Source: Candidatus Fermentibacterota bacterium (lineage in GTDB: Bacteria; Fermentibacterota; Fermentibacteria; Fermentibacterales; JCC-6). Taken from it: 64,000 nt of DNA. The stretch spans positions 64,502-128,501 of the forward strand of contig CAWJQI010000005.1 of NCBI GenBank assembly GCA_963845085.1, written 5' to 3'. Shown here in pieces: positions 61,558 through 64,000 of the stretch. Made by a program: the position numbers and the translations under genes. A model generated the notes under the pieces. It ran no database searches, was not told the origin of the DNA, and saw only the letters and a program-made list of their open reading frames with translations. The stretch's first letter is position 1; every line of letters begins with the position of its first letter.

Positions 61558-62100
61558 CTATGTGACCGGAAACACCCACATGTTTTCATTGTGTGAAATG
61601 AGACCCCGCCTGTCGAACTCCACACCCTCCAACGCAAGAAGGGCTCTTTTCATGCCCGCCCCGCCCTGAAACCCGCCAATGCTCCGGTCCGACCGTACCG
61701 CACGGTGGCACGGCACGATCAGGGGGAACGGGTTTGCAGCAAGGGCGTTTCCAACCGCCCTGGCACCGCTGCCAAGTTTCAACGCGAGGCTGCCGTACGT
61801 TGTGATACGTCCCCTGGGAACCGTGCATTCCAGAAGCAGGACGGACCTCTGGAAAGGTGTGCAGATGTCGAGATCGGCGAGGTCGAGCGGAACAGCAGCT
61901 TCATCGCCCGAAAGGAAGCCCTCGATCCTCTTTGAAAGCGTTTCGATCTCCTCGCAGCTGCCGCTTTTCCACTGAGCACCCGGCGGGGTGAGGAAAACCC
62001 TAACAACCCTGGGGGCCTGGGGATGGGGTTTCCAGAGGATTGCCATGTTCCCGAAGCGGGCCGGTTTCAGCGATCTGATGAACAACCCTTCGTTGATCAT
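61558..62100 (-). CDS. ogt: methylated-DNA--protein-cysteine methyltransferase
   Basis: TYGSLALKLGSGARAVGNALAANPFPLIVPCHRAV contains the PCHR active site. Confidence 0.85.
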   Translation of the reverse strand: MINEGLFIRSLKPARFGNMAILWKPHPQAPRVVRVFLTPPGAQWKSGSCEEIETLSKRIEGFLSGDEAAVPLDLADLDICTPFQRSVLLLECTVPRGRITTYGSLALKLGSGARAVGNALAANPFPLIVPCHRAVRSDRSIGGFQGGAGMKRALLALEGVEFDRRGLISHNENMWVFPVT

Positions 62101-62957
62101 CGCCCATCCTTCATCACGAGAAAGCTTCCCAGTGTCGTCAGTGCAAGACCAGCCCAGAATGCCGGGGAAAGCACTTCCTTGAGAAAGATAACGGATAAAA
62201 GGCTTGCAACCGCAGGCTTCAGCATGAACACCATCGATGCCGCAACGGCGCCCATCTTTCTTATCGCCCTGATGAACGTGAGATACGCAAGCCCGCTAAC
62301 CCCCAGGGAAAGGTAGACTACCGCCGCCAACGTACCGGGGCTTCCCGCGAGCGGTGCGGGGGAAAGCGGCCTGCCGGTCAGAACGAGAAAGGGAAAAAGG
62401 GCCAGAAGCCCTGCAAAGAACGACACCACGTTGATGGTGACCGGATCGGTCCTTCCCGAAACCCTCCTGCCGAGCACGGTGTAGACGGCGAATGCCACGG
62501 CCGAGATCATCGCGAAGACCGTCCCGGCATCCACGGAGAACCTGTGCAGTCCGCTCACCAGCACGAGCCCGCAAAGCCCGACAAGAAGACCAAGCACCTT
62601 CCGGAGACCCGGCCGCTCGGAACCTGCGATGACGGATATGCAGAACACGAGCACGGGATTGGCGCAGAAGACCGTGGCGGCCCTGGCGGCGGAAGTCAGC
62701 TGAACGGCTGTCTGCAGGAGAGCCATTGCAACGGCGATGTTCACGACCCCCATCATGACGAGCAGCAGGATCGTTCCCCGATCCAGCCCCATCAGGCTGG
62801 AAAGCCCCCTGCGCCGGATCAGGAACAGAAGGAGGATCAAGGCTCCTGCAGCAAATCTCCAGAAGGTCAGCGTCAGGGGATCGATGGAACCCAGCAGGGG
62901 TTTGCTCACCACCTCCATGGATGCGAAGAAGACGAGGGTTATGATGAAGTCAGCCAC
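62097..62957 (-). CDS. EamA/DMT-family transporter
   Basis: It has ten hydrophobic segments in two EamA-like halves and is 286 aa long. Confidence 0.75.
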   Translation of the reverse strand: MADFIITLVFFASMEVVSKPLLGSIDPLTLTFWRFAAGALILLLFLIRRRGLSSLMGLDRGTILLLVMMGVVNIAVAMALLQTAVQLTSAARAATVFCANPVLVFCISVIAGSERPGLRKVLGLLVGLCGLVLVSGLHRFSVDAGTVFAMISAVAFAVYTVLGRRVSGRTDPVTINVVSFFAGLLALFPFLVLTGRPLSPAPLAGSPGTLAAVVYLSLGVSGLAYLTFIRAIRKMGAVAASMVFMLKPAVASLLSVIFLKEVLSPAFWAGLALTTLGSFLVMKDGR

Positions 62958-63729
62958 GGGTCCCCCTCCTTCGAAACGACACTGCGCCTGCGACGACGAG
63001 CCCGGCCAGCACGACAGTGAGAACGGGTGATGATTCCGGACCGAAGGCTCCCGACTCCGCAGCCGGCCTCCAGACAGATGGGAACCCGTAACCGCTCACC
63101 CCGAAACCCATCACGATGCCTGTCGAGGCGTTCCAGAGGAAATGTGCCGCAACAGCCCCGACCATGCCGCCTCCCATTGCGCGGAGAAGGCAAAGCCCCA
63201 TTCCGGCGAGGAAAATGTTGATCATCCCCGCGAGATCCGAAAACGGATTGTCGAGGTGGACGGCCATGAATAAAAGCGATGAAAGGGAGGCCCCCACCGG
63301 AAATCGATTACCCATCGAAAGGGCATCGGTTAGAAAGAGCCTGAAAGCAAACTCCTCGTGGACGGCATAGAAGACCAGTGCGAGAGCGGCCAGCGCCACC
63401 GCAGCCGGAGAGTCGTCAGATGCCGTCACACCGCTGCGAAGAAGCATGAAGAGCGGAACGGCAAGGGCCGCCGAAACACCGACAAGGCTCCATTTCATGC
63501 CTTTGATTCCGAAACGGCCGGTTGAGGGAGGCAGGAACAGCAGGGTCAGCACGACGGCCGGCAGGATGCAGAGCGTTGTGAAGACGGCATTCACGATCAT
63601 TGGGCCCGGGGGGATCAGCGTTCCCATGAAAAACCAGAGCCCGGTTCCCAGAACGGCGAACAGCAATCTTGGGACGGGCCTGCCAACCTTAAGCTTCATT
63701 TGGTCCGGGGGCGGAAACCCGCCCCCCAA
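62950..63729 (-). CDS. CPBP-family intramembrane glutamic endopeptidase (CAAX protease-like)
   Basis: Motifs HEEFAFRLFL (EExxxR), FMAVHL and HFLWN. Confidence 0.8.
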   Translation of the reverse strand: MGGGFPPPDQMKLKVGRPVPRLLFAVLGTGLWFFMGTLIPPGPMIVNAVFTTLCILPAVVLTLLFLPPSTGRFGIKGMKWSLVGVSAALAVPLFMLLRSGVTASDDSPAAVALAALALVFYAVHEEFAFRLFLTDALSMGNRFPVGASLSSLLFMAVHLDNPFSDLAGMINIFLAGMGLCLLRAMGGGMVGAVAAHFLWNASTGIVMGFGVSGYGFPSVWRPAAESGAFGPESSPVLTVVLAGLVVAGAVSFRRRGTRG

Positions 63730-63740
63730 CTCCGTTTCGG

Positions 63741-64000
<260 letters not shown>

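Overview
High-GC (above 60% by eye) bacterial chromosomal segment, about 90% coding. Almost all genes are on the minus strand and are tightly packed, and many adjacent genes have start and stop codons that overlap by 1-8 nt (ATGA type).

Content is mostly housekeeping:
- DNA repair and recombination: dprA, dinG-like, recJ, rarA, ogt.
- Translation and RNA: obg, rnpB, rnr, cysS, trpS, truA, rluD, rpsT, and 7 intact tRNAs.
- Nucleotide and cofactor metabolism: purH, nadE, apt, tpiA.
- Cell envelope: Slt-type lytic transglycosylase, PgeF, a SPOR protein, and an AmgK/MurU-like pair.

Four exported proteins end in T9SS/FlgD-Ig-like C-terminal sorting tails. This suggests an uncultured FCB-group-like lineage, but I cannot assign taxonomy from sequence alone. 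I saw no CRISPR array, integrase, transposase or rRNA.

Items most worth a second look:
1. A lower-GC accessory stretch (about 12.0-15.1 kb) starts right after a decayed tRNA-like element. It contains a roughly 1.5 kb AT-rich islet with a single fused wHTH-nucleotidyltransferase(MNT)-HEPN-like gene, next to a truncated FG-GAP gene remnant.
2. A sigma-less partner-switching operon (STAS antagonist, RsbW-like kinase) ends in a 1203-aa P-loop NTPase-HEAT-PP2C phosphatase.
3. A signal-peptide-bearing mini-protein rich in CxC motifs resembles a metallothionein.
4. Three apparent single-nucleotide frame disruptions occur at short homopolymers: in the COG1579 zinc-ribbon gene next to rnpB, in a T9SS cargo gene, and at the 5' end of a GGDEF-HEAT gene. 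These may be assembly indels or real lesions.
5. A mirror-symmetric divergent tRNA cluster uses a TAGATT -10 hexamer that also sits directly upstream of rnpB.

All calls come from reading the ORF translations and the nucleotide sequence by eye. No database search or computation was run.
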